NCBI RefSeq assembly: GCF_016432865.1
Contig: NC_067401.1
Coordinates: 39,494,001-39,558,000 of the forward strand
Direction: 5' to 3'
Length of the DNA: 64,000 bases
Source of the DNA: Antechinus flavipes
Taxonomy: Eukaryota
The notes below the pieces were generated by a model. It did no database searches, was not told the DNA's origin, and saw only the letters and a list, made by a program, of their open reading frames with translations. Positions 1-12,563 of this stretch are shown here, piece by piece. Position 1 is the first letter of the stretch; every line of letters begins with the position of its first letter. Made by a program: the position numbers and the translations under genes.

Positions 1-1343
1 ACACATATGGCACAAGGCAGACTGAGAAGGGAGAGGTTCTTGGGGGGGAATCGGGGGTAGGTCCCAGCCTCTGACGGGTGAGAGAAGGAGGGACACGTTC
101 CAGACCACCCTGGGGGGAGTGAAAGGGTGCCCAGAGCGAGGAGATAAGTCCCTGAAGCCCAGGGCGTGGCCTAGTTAGCAGTCCACAATGTCTGGATTAA
201 ATATACTTGAGTACTTCCATAGGAGAATCAGAAGCTGGCCCAAGCACAAGCCCTCCCTCCTCTGTAGTCCTGAGGATTAGCCAAGAGCCAGTTACACAGT
301 CTTCATAAAGTCCTGGTCTGATCACGCCCCTTTCCTATTTGAGAACTACAGAAGAACCCAGCTCCGCAGCCCCTTGTAACCTTTCCTGCCCGGTGCCGGC
401 CGTGAGCCGCCACGCTGGGCCAATAAGCGGCTGCCCCTGAGCCTCGCGGCCCACCTCCTGCCTCCCTGCAGGACTTCTGCAGCTCCACTCCGTCCCTCTC
501 TCCCAGGCCCGGCTTCCTCGGAGGATTCAGCCCGAGGCCTTCCCTCCTGCTGCCAGTGCTCCCTCTCCTCAAACATCCCCGGGCAGAGACGTCTCTGCAC
601 GCACGCCACAGCCCCGGGGACAAGGGAAGCTTGCTGAAGGTAGGGACTGACATCTGGTCACCAAGCAGACCACCAGCAGAGCAGACTTAATGAAGTCTAT
701 GAATGGAGACATCATCACTATTCAAGTGTTAGTGCTGGAGAGAAATCAGAACTATTTTTATGTGCAAAATATAAGAGATTCCCTGGGGGCTGGGGGGACT
801 CCTAAAATATTCCTGGATGACCTCTCACCCTCCAAACTGTCGCTCTCTTCTTATGGCCCAGGCTCAAAGGCTGGAAGGCTTTTGGGAAGTGCACTCCCTC
901 ACCTCCGTATAACCAGCAGAAGGAAAATCCCCAGACAAGCCGAGCACACACGCCAAGGCAGAGACAGGCAATGTTCCTATCTATTTTGATACAAGACATC
1001 TCAGCCAGCAATTCAGACTAAGAGCATCAGAGTCAAAACATGCCATACAATCTCTCTCAAGATCGTTTAATACAAATTAAAACACTTCATTCAATGTGAA
1101 GCCACTGGCGTCCCAGCTGACACACCAAGGTTGCAGAGACACAAAGAAATGAGTCACGTTCCCTGGGATTATTCAGCTGACTGATTACATCACTGAGCAA
1201 CTTTTCTTTCTGATGTTCAACAAATTCACATTACCTTTTTTTGGAGCTGCCTCTAATTAAGCATAATTCTTTTTCTTTTCATGCAAATTAGATCTGAAAA
1301 AATAAAAAGGAACTAGTCACTAGTCCTGTGCTCCCTCACTTAC

Positions 1344-4300
1344 CTGGGGTTCTATGGGAGTTGGAAAGGGGCGCCGACGCCTCCGCCAGAGCGGCCAGGG
1401 TGGCCAGCACGGAGGTGGTGGAATTGGAGAACTGTACTGGTGAAGGGTGGGAATCACCTACGGAGGAGGAAAAGGCAGAAGAGGTTGAGCAGAGCCAGGG
1501 TGCCTGAAGATGAACCTCCTTGCCAATCAATACTAACGTATATCAGGTTTCAGTAAATTCATTTAAAGTCAAAAAACAAATCTCTTCCCTAAAGAGTAAA
1601 TTCACCAGCTGGGTACACGGGCGACTTCGAAGTGCCCTCTGGCTCTCTTCCCTCGTTGGTTCCTTCCTATCTGGGTGCTAGCATCCCGCATCCGCGGTTG
1701 ACGGGTCAGGGCACCCCCCAGCTTCCAGGCTCTGGCAGCTGACAGTCTTCCTTTATCCCAAACTGCCCCAGGGTCCTACTGAGACCTCTCACTCATAGGC
1801 AGAACATATGAAAGAACATCGAATTAAGAAGCAGAAGTTTTAACTGAGTGTGCGTGTTACAAAATGGGTGATCCTGGGATCCTGGACAAGTCATTGAACT
1901 TATCCTTTTATTTATAAAATTCAAACTACCTCATCACAAAAAGTCCTCGTGACAATGAAAGAACATAAGGCTTTGGAAATGAAAGCAGTCATTATTAAAC
2001 TATTATCACTGCTATTGTTGCTCTTGCCTTTATCGGCAGGACAGGTGAGCAGGAAGGGCTAGTCGGGGAAAACCTCAACCCAATTATAGGGAAAACCAGA
2101 ATCTTCACACACAAAAATCTGGAAAGCTTTAAAGCTGGATCAACCTGTACACTGTAATACAGCCAAATATATACTTGTTGTTAACACCTGATTGTCTAGT
2201 CAAGTAGTTTACTGGCTTAGTGCTTTAACTGTAACATATGACTTCTATACAATTACTATTGAGACTATAACCTCCTGCAAGGCAGGCTTATGTATGCACA
2301 TATGTCTTCCTATAATTAACTGCAGCCCTAGCCTCTCAGGCAAGGGATTTATGATCTATCACTCTTAAACTTAACACATTTCTGGAGGTGCATTTTTAAA
2401 ATGACACTTAAGTATCCTTTCATAATAAAGAATTGTCTTAATTTTCTCATGTATGAGATTATTAAACTTTTTTTTTGTGTGTGGCAGAACATATAATAAC
2501 CAGTGGGTTATCATGGCCTTCTACTGCAACTTCTGGCTAAAATATTGATCCTCTTCTGAAAATGATACAATTTTGGTTATTTTTTTTTTAAATTAAAAAT
2601 TTTTATATAAACCATACCAAAGCAAATAAAAATTAACTGAGAAAAAAAATCTTGTGGCAAATTTTTCTAAAGAAAATCTTACTCTTACAAGAAAAAGAGA
2701 TGTTAGGAAGGCTATGTATGGACAGTTTTCAAAGGAAGAAAGCCAAGCAATTAAAAACCAAAAGGAAAGATACTCCAAATCACTAATGATTACAGGCAGA
2801 TACACTTATCAGACTAGTTAAGCTAACAAAAGAAGAAAATGAAAGTTGTTGGGGAGGCCTGCAGGACAGACAGCACACTAGTAACTGCTGGCAGATTTGT
2901 GAACCAATCTGAGATTATCCAGAATATAAGTGCAAACTATGTTTTAAAAATCACTAAACTGCATACATACTTTTTGATCCACCTATAACACTACAAGGCT
3001 TCTATCCTAAGAGATTAAAGAAAGCAGAAAAGTCTCACAGGAGCCCCAAACTGGAAAACAAAAGGATGTCCTCCTATAGACAATGACTAAACAAATTATA
3101 ATGTGTGAATGGAAAAGCTTCTTTGTCAGAAGGAATGAAGACATTTACTGTTTCAGAGAAAACTGGGAAGATTTTTATGAAGTGCTCTATACAGAGCAAA
3201 GTGAGCAAAACTAAGGGCACAATTTAGATAATAAATTGCTAAAATATCTAAGTAAAATATCATAGAGAAAAACAACTTTGAAAGTCTTTAGTACTCTGAT
3301 GAAGGCAATGCCAAATCACAAATCCTAAAGACTGAAGATGAAATAAGTCATTACCTCACACCAGAGAAGTGATGCAAAATAGTGCCCCAAAAGTTTTTAG
3401 AGTAGTTCTAAATTTTAATAGCTCAAAAATAATAAGCTATTAACTGTCTTAAGACTTCGGGGACACCCTACATTTGGGACATGGTCAATAAGTCAAAGGA
3501 AATATACAAAATGTTCCATATGTACAAAAATATTTATAGCAGTTTTTGTTGTTTTGGCAAAGAAATGGAAACTAAAGGAAAGCCCTTAAATTGGAGATGC
3601 CTGGAAAATGATAATATAAAAGCAGCTAGGTGGTACAACAGATAGATGATTGACTGGCTTTTGGAGTCAGAAGACCAGAGTTAAAATCTCACTTCAAAGC
3701 TTACAAAATGTAATACCTTTAGTTTCCTCATCTATAAAAAATAGTGATAACACTTACCCTAAAAGGTTGTTGTGAGGGCCAAAGGTAAATTAATGTGTGT
3801 AAAGTGCTCTTTAAACCTAAAGAGCTATCTAAATGTTGGCTACTTCTATCGTTATTATATGAATGTAATATAATATTACTGAGCCATAAGAATGATGAAA
3901 GGAATCAATGATGAAATTTTTGGACTGAGCCAACATGGGAATCTATTTGGCTGTGCCTATTTGTTACAAAGGTTTGGTTTTTCTTTTATCTTTTCCCAAT
4001 GGAGTAAGGTGGGGTTAGGCGGAAGGAGAGGGAGGGGAGGGATAGGGCAGCAAAAAAGAAGGAAAAAGTAAAGTAGGTCATTCAAACCTAAAGCACACAG
4101 AAGAGAATAGAAGGCCAGAAAGAATGACAGACAAGCAAGACTGTTTTGAAAGTCACATGTTAAATTTATTAGATATTTTAAAAGAAAGTATCTTGTACAT
4201 TAAAAAATTCAGTTTTGTGTATGATCCTCTTTTTCTGTTCTACTATGTGTCAGTCAACAAGTATTTAAGTGCTTATTATGTGCCCGTCACATAGATATAT

Positions 4301-7300
4301 AAACATCCATTTTATCCAGTGTTCCTTAAGCTCAAAAATTTTTTTAAAAACAAAATTATTTTTAAAAAAATACATAATTGCTAGCATTTAACTACTGCTA
4401 AATTTAGATTTGAAAAGCCCTTTATAAATGGCATCTTGTTTGATCTTCACAATAACCCTGAGACATAGGTGCTGTTTCTATGCCCATTTCACAGCTGAAG
4501 AAGACAAGAGGTTAGGAAAACAGGCTTTCATGGCTAGTCAATGTCTGAGGCAATATCTGAACTCTGGTCTTCCTGAGCTCAAGTCCAGCGCTCTGTGCTC
4601 CAAAGAAAAGAACCTGCTCAGGAAGCCAGGGGGGCTGAAGTCCACAGGACTGCCTGACCTCCATCTTCTAAGGCACTTTCTTGGCTAGTGTGCCAGCAAA
4701 CCCCACTGTAACACCTCTGCTGAAAAAGCCATAGAACTTTTATCTGTTAAGTTCCTTGTAAGGGTAGAATGCATGTGAATAATCAGTTTGGAGGAAGTAG
4801 TTCATCAGAAATCTGCTTTGCTAAGCTGTGTGACTGGAGTACTTAGTATGAGCCTTTGGCTCAGACAATCATTCACTCAAATTTCTTTCAATACAGAAAT
4901 GAATTAATAAGAAAACTTCAATGTAATTATCTAAATGGTCTTCACACAGACAGATATTTTCTGAAATTGAGGCTTCTTCCCATATACACATACCATGATC
5001 TCTGATATTAAAAACCAATTATAACTAACAAATACACTAAAAAGGGAAGTGACATCTCAGACCTCTCCCAGAAGCATTTGGGATGTGGTAGTAGATTTTT
5101 CTCCTCAACAGTATCCTTTCCTTGCTCCTAGAGGGCATAACCCAACATTAAAAAATATCATAAAATGTGCTGGGGAACAGAATTACTTTGTTTATAACTT
5201 GAAACAGATGATCAAAGGCCACAGGCCAGGATTAATTGGAGGCTTGGGATAAAGGAAACTAACTGTCACCAGCTAGCCAATCTCAATGTTAGTGATAATT
5301 AGAGCAGATCCTAACGTAATTACTGTAAATCCAAAGGCAACAAGCTGCTTCCATCTTAAGTCTCATGGAGTTAAGTGTTAGCTTGATGAAATACTATGCC
5401 TTAACAGGCAACAGGGTTTTCAGCTACCTTCTATTATCTACATTTATGGATGGCAACAGAAGCAAGGAAAAGTCAAAATATGAGGGTATCCAAAAATCAC
5501 TGATATCTAGTTCTAGAATATATTAAGTCAAAGAGAAGCAAATTTGTCTGTTGTCAATTTTAAAAATTGTACTTTTCCATGATGTGACTGGTGCTTGAGG
5601 GAGACATCTTGGAGGATACTAGGCAGTACAAGAACTAAAGTTTAGAATTTTTAAACTACTGCAAGTACTTTACATATGGATAACTGAAAGCTCTGTATTT
5701 GCAAGGTTAGGATTTGAACCCTGTAATCTCAAAACACTAAAATGATATAGTATAAACTCAACAGTTTCTTGGAAAAAAGAACACCTTGAAGTAATAGACA
5801 CTGAGAAATTAAAATGTCAAAGAGGAAAAGAAAACACTTTGGCTGAATTTCTCTATTTCTTTTCTCTCCTCCTTTCCTATATGTATTAAATATCCGGAAG
5901 ATCAGCAAGCTATAAAGAGGTGCTGGCAAACCACTTCATAAGTAACAGACTACTTTAAGGACATCAGTTATGGATTGGCCTGAGAACCTCACATTTGCTA
6001 CAACAAATAGCCATGAGGAGTGGAGTATTTGCCCAAAATATCACAAGCAACGTGATTCTGGCTGATGAGAATGAAGACCACAACTCTGCAGGCCAAGTCG
6101 GTTCAGCATTGGAAACATATCCACTCCTCAAATGCTGAAACAGAACTTAATTTAAAGAATATTCAAAGTCATGTCCTTGAGTGTGGCCTATGAGCAGTGT
6201 TTTTGTATCTGTACACCATTAAAAACAATTGTTTTTTAAATTATCTATCTGAAGCAAAAAGGTGGCTCAGGGCTCATAAAAAGGAAGAGCAATATTGTCC
6301 CCTAGTGGTTATACCAGAGAAAACATTAAGAGGCAATTAAACCATAAAGAGAGAACAATTTTTTTTTTTTAAATAGCAATCCTGTATTCTTTTTCTAATA
6401 TTTAGAAAACCATACCAGAATTATGAATCTTCTCTTTAACTTTGAGTTAAAAATTTTAAAAAGTGAAATATCAAGTCATGAAGTTAATGGAACCCAAACA
6501 AGAAGCTTCAAATTCCTCTATTTTAATACAAATATTTATAAAACAAACAAATAAAAAACCTGATAAATAAACTTGCTAAAGCAGATTTGCTAACACTACA
6601 GACTTCCTTCCTTTCTTTATTTTTTTGGCAAGGGAATTGGGTTAAGGGTTGCAAAAGTATTAAGTGTTAAGTGTCTGAAGTCAAATTTGAACACTCTGCA
6701 CTGTGTTGTCTGGTTGCCCCTTCTAACTTCATTTCTAAGCAGTTTGCAAGAACATACTCTTAATTTCTTCAGATAAAAAACTCATGTGTAAATATTTTGG
6801 CAATTTTAGGGTTACAACTGAATTTAAAATTTTTAATTAACTTCTCTTTTCCTATAATTGCTATACTTCCAGAACATGCATATTCAATTATTTTTCTTGA
6901 TAGAAACTGACAAATACTTCATTTTCATTTGGGAGATTAACATGGAGTTTTGTATTAAAGGCAGCTTATCAGTAGCAAGCTTCATCTTCAATCAGAAAAA
7001 GTGCCCAGATATATTCACAGAATCATGTATTTAGAATTAGAAGTAACCATAAAGATCAAATAGTCTGATTTTAAATAAGGAAACTGAGATCCAGAGAGAT
7101 TAAGTAAATTTTCTAGAGTCATGAAGGGAGTAAGTGACTCAGGCTGATTTGAATGCAGATCTTGACACCCTTTATTCTCCCCCCCCACTCCCCCACCCCC
7201 CAACAGAAATAAGAGTAGAAGCACAAAATACAACTTATTAAGAAGTCTCTTATTACTATTTATCCTATTTACAGAGAGGATGAAGTTGAAAATAACTTAA

Positions 7301-10300
7301 AACACCTACTATGGGCCAGGCCTTGTGCTAAGCACTTGACAATATTCTCTCATCTGATCCTCACAACAACCCTGTGAGGTAGGTCAAAATTGTTCCCATT
7401 TTACAAAGGAGGAAACTGAGCCAAGCAGGTGAGGTGACCTGGCCAAGGTCATACAGGAGCTGGGGAATCCAGGCTCAGCTCGCTGTGCATTGTGGTGCCA
7501 CCTTGTGCTTCTCTAGCATAAAGGAAAACCTGCTAGCACCCTACGGACTCTGGGTATGGAAATCAGGGCCCTTCGGGATGGCCCGTTACCTGTGCTGGTC
7601 TTGGTGCTGGCTGAAGAAACGAGGCTGGCGAGGTTGACCACTTCTCCCGACGTGAAGATGAAGGGCGCAGCCATCGTCACCGCACCGGTCACCGGGCTGG
7701 CTCTCCCGGGGTTGGCATTCACCTGGCTCTGCATTGCCTCCTGCCACACAAGGCACGACTTCAAAGTCAGAATGCTTATTATAGCCTTAGTTACACAGTT
7801 ACTCAGCAGCTCCCTTGACAACGTTCCACCATCCAGAACCAGTTCCAGCACAAAATGTCCCAGGGAGTTCACTGCTCAAATTAGGGCTGCTGGGATTTTT
7901 TCTCAGACAAAAGACATCAAGTTACTTTCCAGGGCTGTTTATGTTTTAGGAAAACAAAGTGCTATCGCATTAAAAAACCCAGAGATAGGCAAACCATTTC
8001 GCTTTTTTGTTCCTTACCTTCCCTAATAGAAGGCTAGACTGATTAATTCCCACCTATCTCATCTGGCCCCCAATATACACGAATGGAAAGCTAATCTGCC
8101 TCCATATTGTCAGAGTTTGGAACATGGTGCTGAAGAAATGCACAAGAATGCACCAGCCCAGCTAATGACTCTCACATTTGGAACATGACCTTTTGAAGCC
8201 TAGTTCCCATACAGCTGAAGCAAAGATGGCCTCCTTTCAAATTCTGTATCATCAGAAGCAGTTTTCCACAAACATGCTCAGGACTAAAAAAAAATCTGTT
8301 ATATAAAGAAGTTTAAAAAGGGAACTGAGAGTTGAACAGGGCAACAAGTCTGTAGGGAACTACTTAGGGAAAAACAGACAAAAAAAGAATAAAATGTTGC
8401 ATCTATTTCTCATGTACAATCAATTCAATTACCTACACATGGACTATTTACAAATACATTTTAAGTTTTAGCCTTCCTTATGATCACAAGTATGATTATG
8501 AGACAGCCTCCCTTACCAACTAATAGACATTCAGAAAACATGGAATGACATTTAAAGATTTATCTCAGCCAAAAATAACTGGACAGGTAAACTCTTGGAA
8601 GAAAATGACACAACAGATTATAAATAAAAATTAATTTTTTTACTGCCCACACCATTATTCCCTTTGAAAAATAAAAACTGAATTGATTACAGAGCATGGT
8701 ACACAGACCCTCCCTCCACTGTTTTTAAAATATATTTTTTAAAAGTATTACTTTGAAAGGCTTTGGGAAATTCCATTTTGAATCCATTTTTATAATAAAT
8801 TTCAATTTGCTTGACTCGTATCTAGGGAAATGAGAGTTAGATGCAGTAGCCACATACCTGGAGAATGATAAGAATTTCTGGGTTGTTCTTCTCCAGAGCT
8901 ATGTCAAAGGCAGATTTATCAAATTTGCTAAAGGCATGGACATCAGCTCCATACTTGATCAGCAATTCTACCACATCACGATGATGGTGTTCTGTGGCCC
9001 AGTGCAAAGCAGTCATTTTCAACATGTCCTTGGCATTCACATCTGCACCATTCTGCCACAAAAAATAAACTTCCACTAAGATGACAGATATAGGGCAGTA
9101 AGTATGAATTCCCATCGCAAAATTTGAAGGATTACTGGAAAATTATACATATTCTAATTTGGATCCTGCTTAAATACTATAGAAAGAAAACATCTCCAAA
9201 TTCTCCTCATAATGGTAATAAATATGCTACATAAACTGGGACAACTTTTTTCAAAAGGAGAGTATTAAGGAACTGTAACAGAAAAGGGAGCACTATTTCT
9301 CAGTAAAACAAACAAAAAAACCCATATTTGTCTCACTGTATACAAAATGAAATGCAAGTACTTGAAAAACAACCAGGGACTGTTCATTCTTCTATGTTTT
9401 AAGAGTGACAGGAGCCTGACTCTTCCCAACCATTCCTAACCTTGAGAAAGATCAATTCTTTTGTCCCAAGAGCTTGGTTTTCCACCTAATTCACTCCTGC
9501 CCATTCAGTGCTCTCGAAGCCTCAGCAGGCCTGTCTACAAGCTACGTTAACAGTTCTTATTGGAATAGGACTCAATCCAACCATGTCTTGCTTTACCCGG
9601 ACAAGAAGTTCCACGATGTGTGCATGTCCATCTGCTGCAGCCATGTGCAAAGGAGTTCTGTCTACCTTAGTCCTGGCATCCCTGCTAACCCCTGCTCTCA
9701 GGAGTACTTCTGCCGTGGAATAATGACCATACTGGGCTGCGAGGTGGAGAGGTGATGTTCCAAGCTGTGGAGAAATAATGCCCATTGAAGCTGGGTACAT
9801 CCTGGACTTGACATTAGGGAGGCCATATAAAGACAGGAATTGTGATCCCAGAGAACTAGGTCCTACTGAAACCAATAACCTGGAGAAGTCAACAGCAAAG
9901 ACTTGGAAATGCCTTTTGTCACTTTCAGCAAACCTGAACTGACATGATGACAGCTGATTACCCAAGTTTGTGGGTGAAACCGTAAAACTAGTTAGCCCTT
10001 TTCTGCAGAAATAAAGAATTATAGGTATGGACATTGCAAATACTTTCAGACCTGACAGATGTATTAAATTTGAACTGTTGTTTTTTTCCTCCCTTTTATT
10101 ACTTGTTAATATCTTTCTTGGGAAAGAATATATTCAAAAATAAAGGTGGCTATAACAAAAGAGGTTGGTCATTTAAAATGAATAAATAAATTTTAAAAAC
10201 TGAATCATCACGTAGAATTAAAACAGGAAAAGTTTCCTAGATGTACTGACCCCATGCAGGATTGGAAAGCTGACGAGGAATAGGAATTGGTTAAAGAAAC

Positions 10301-12063
10301 ATAGGAGAGAAATAGGAATTAGCAAGTCATATGTCAAAGTCCTATTGCAGACCAAGATGCTGGGATTCTACAAATGCATCTTAACAAAAATCACTTTGTT
10401 TAAAGCAGTAGATCTGTAGATGCAACACAAAATAAGGTTACAGAACTGGAAGCAAGGGCTGGAATGCATGATAGAATGGTGTTGGTGAGGACCTGTCAAT
10501 GGCAAAAAACAATGATTTCTCATCCATGACTTGATTTACCAATACTTGAATTATCAATACTCTGCTCCAAAATCTGAACAACGGCTGTTCCTCTAAGTCT
10601 AATGCTCTTTATTTTAAGCTCCTTTTGCTCACTCTTAGTGTTTCACATTTTCATTTTCCTTGTGATATGCACAACTGGACTTAATTCACATTGCTCTTTT
10701 CCAGATCTATTTACAGAAGCATTCATTTTGAAGGCTCTCTTTTTGTTCTTCCTCTCTCAAGGAAGAGCAGCTGGTCCTGAGGGCATGAAATAATCTCCAC
10801 AGAACAAGAGGAAGCTCCTTCACCCAAGCAGTTAAAAACCGGGGAAAGTCTTAGGAACCTCCAAGAATTAACATAATAACCTGGATCTCTTGCTGGCTTT
10901 TAAGTCTCTGGAAATGACATCTTTCTCTTTAATTGTTAAAAGACTGACAAAGGAAACTGAAAAAGGCTAGAAAATTCTTGTCAATCAGAACACAATGGCG
11001 AAAAAGGAAATCAAAACATTTACTGCTTTAAAAATTTATTCTCATTGTTCTGATTCTGTTGAATTTCAGGTAATTCCAGATGCTTCCAACCCAAATATTG
11101 TTTTCAGTGGTTTTGGTGCTTTGTGTCTGACTCTTCATGACCCATTTGGGGTTTTCTTGGAAAAACTACTAGAGTGATTTACCATTTTCTTCTCCTGCTT
11201 ATTTGACTGAAGAAACTAAGGCAAACTAAATGACTTGCCCAGGTCACATTTTTCCATCATGCCACCTCACTGCCCTGCTAATATACTCAAATACACCCAG
11301 AACACACACTCAAAAACGTTCCCAAACATACAAATCTCAACTATCACCAATATAGCAATAAGATCCAATCTGGAAAAGTGGAGCACAAAATGGCACACTA
11401 ATCATGTCTTCGGGTATAACAAAAAGCACAAAACCTGGAGAGTGAGAAATAAAGCACAAAAAAAGGTCTCCCAGAAAGAAGAGTCCAGTGAAATCTTGCT
11501 TCATCCTCTCCAGTCAGAGATCATCATTAACATCTTTGGGCTACATTTTCTCTCTGTACCCCCACGGGTAGTCTCAGGAGTCAGCAATTCTCTAGAACAA
11601 TACTCCACAGTCGTGTCCTGTTTTGATTCATGGTGAAGGACTAATGGACAGAGCAGGCAGGAGATAAAAGATAGCAGATTTTGGCTGAACATAAGGTAAA
11701 GCGTCCTAATAACTAATGATGTCCAAAAATAGAATGAAGATTCTTGGTGGGTAGTGAGTTCTCCAATCACTAGAGGTCTTAAAAAATAGGCTAGAAGAAA
11801 TCCAGCTCAAATCAGGAATGCTGTAGATTAAGGGGTAGATTCAAAAACTGCTGAGATCTCATGCTAAGATTCTTTACTTCCCTTGATGGTAAACACAAGA
11901 CTTGATGGTCTCTGCTTCAGGTAGCTTAGAAATATGCTCTCTCCCCTAAACTTACCCAATCCGTAGTAAAAGGGGCGCCATTGGCCATCAAAGTCCTCAC
12001 TTCATCATCTTGTCCTTTTCTTGCTGCTTCTAGCAACCTCTTCCCCAGGTCCACCAAAGACAT
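1344..12063 (-). CDS. GABPB2: GA-binding protein subunit beta-2 (ankyrin-repeat ETS cofactor), partial; 3' exons lie left of the window
   Basis: Coding exons: 11956-12063 ([36 protein letters not shown]), 9597-9764 ([14 protein letters not shown]...ELLVR), 8858-9052 ([18 protein letters not shown]...LIILQ), 7590-7740 (EAMQSQVN...TKTST), 1344-1457 ([38 protein letters not shown]). All have AG/GT boundaries and compatible phases (108, 168, 195, 151, 114 nt). Ankyrin repeats are recognisable. No further exon found in 1-1343. Confidence 0.97.
3624..3842 (+). mobile_element. MIR-family CORE-SINE
   Basis: GGAGTCAGAAGACC...AGTTTCCTCATCTATAAAA...GGTTGTTGTGAGG core and tail. Confidence 0.7.
4420..4605 (-). 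mobile_element. MIR/MAR-family CORE-SINE
   Basis: TGATCTTCACAATAACCCTG...CCCATTTCACAG...GAACTCTGGTCTTCCTGA. Confidence 0.6.
7298..7505 (-). mobile_element. MIR SINE directly downstream of the GABPB2 151-nt exon
   Basis: CACCTACTATG..CCAGGC..TGTGCTAAGCAC...GATCCTCACAACAACCCTGTGAGGTAGG...CCCATTTTAC...GGAAACTGAG. Confidence 0.8.
10633..10720. repeat. 88-bp dispersed direct repeat, copy 1 (copy 2 at 12195-12282)
   Basis: 82/88 identical without gaps by manual alignment. Confidence 0.9.
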
Positions 12064-12194
12064 CTTTAGGCATAAGAACAAGTATTTTCAGGAAGCTGTA
12101 ACCCCCAAAACAATAATGTTAATGAATATGCTTTCCTCAGATTCTGGGCTGACCTATTAGCAGTTCACCTTCTGGTTTCTTATCTCATCTGATG

Positions 12195-12282
12195 TCTTAG
12201 TGATTCACATATTCATTTTCCTTGTGAGATGCATAACTGAGCTTAATTCACATTGCTCTTTTCCAGATCTATTTACAGAAGC
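12195..12282. repeat. 88-bp dispersed direct repeat, copy 2
   Basis: TCTTAGTGATTCACATATTC...CTTAATTCACATTGCTCTTTTCCAGATCTATTTACAGAAGC. Confidence 0.9.
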
Positions 12283-12488
12283 TAGGAAATGCATACATCC
12301 TAACCTAAATCCACTTTCAGACCTAAAATAAAAATGTTCTGGCAAATAATAAAGCATTACAATGAAATGACCCCAAGTTCATTTTTCTTGTTCTGCTTGT
12401 CAGTCAATGAAGCAGCATGCAACTGCTGTAAATGAACTCTATGCCAAATGTCATTTCCAGAGACTCAAGATAAATATTGTGCATATCG

Positions 12489-12563
12489 TATAGGGTGTCC
12501 CAAAAATCTTAGTGTAGTTTTAGATTTTCATAGCTTAAAACTGCCCTCTTTTGGGATACTGTA
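12489..12563. mobile_element. Short palindromic Tc1/mariner-type MITE
   Basis: TA-TAGGGTGTCCCAAAA...GTAGTTTTAG...CTTAAAACTGC...TTTTGGGATACTG-TA: terminal inverted repeats with TA at both ends. A second, more decayed copy lies at about 3380-3472. Confidence 0.65.

Noticed and set aside
583-598. Perfect 16-bp palindrome GCAGAGACGTCTCTGC
   Set aside because: About one such palindrome is expected by chance in 64 kb.
11235-11636. 133-aa TTG-started intronic ORF on +
   Set aside because: No ATG start at the 5' end, no recognisable homology, it begins in a MIR fragment, and it is antisense to GABPB2.
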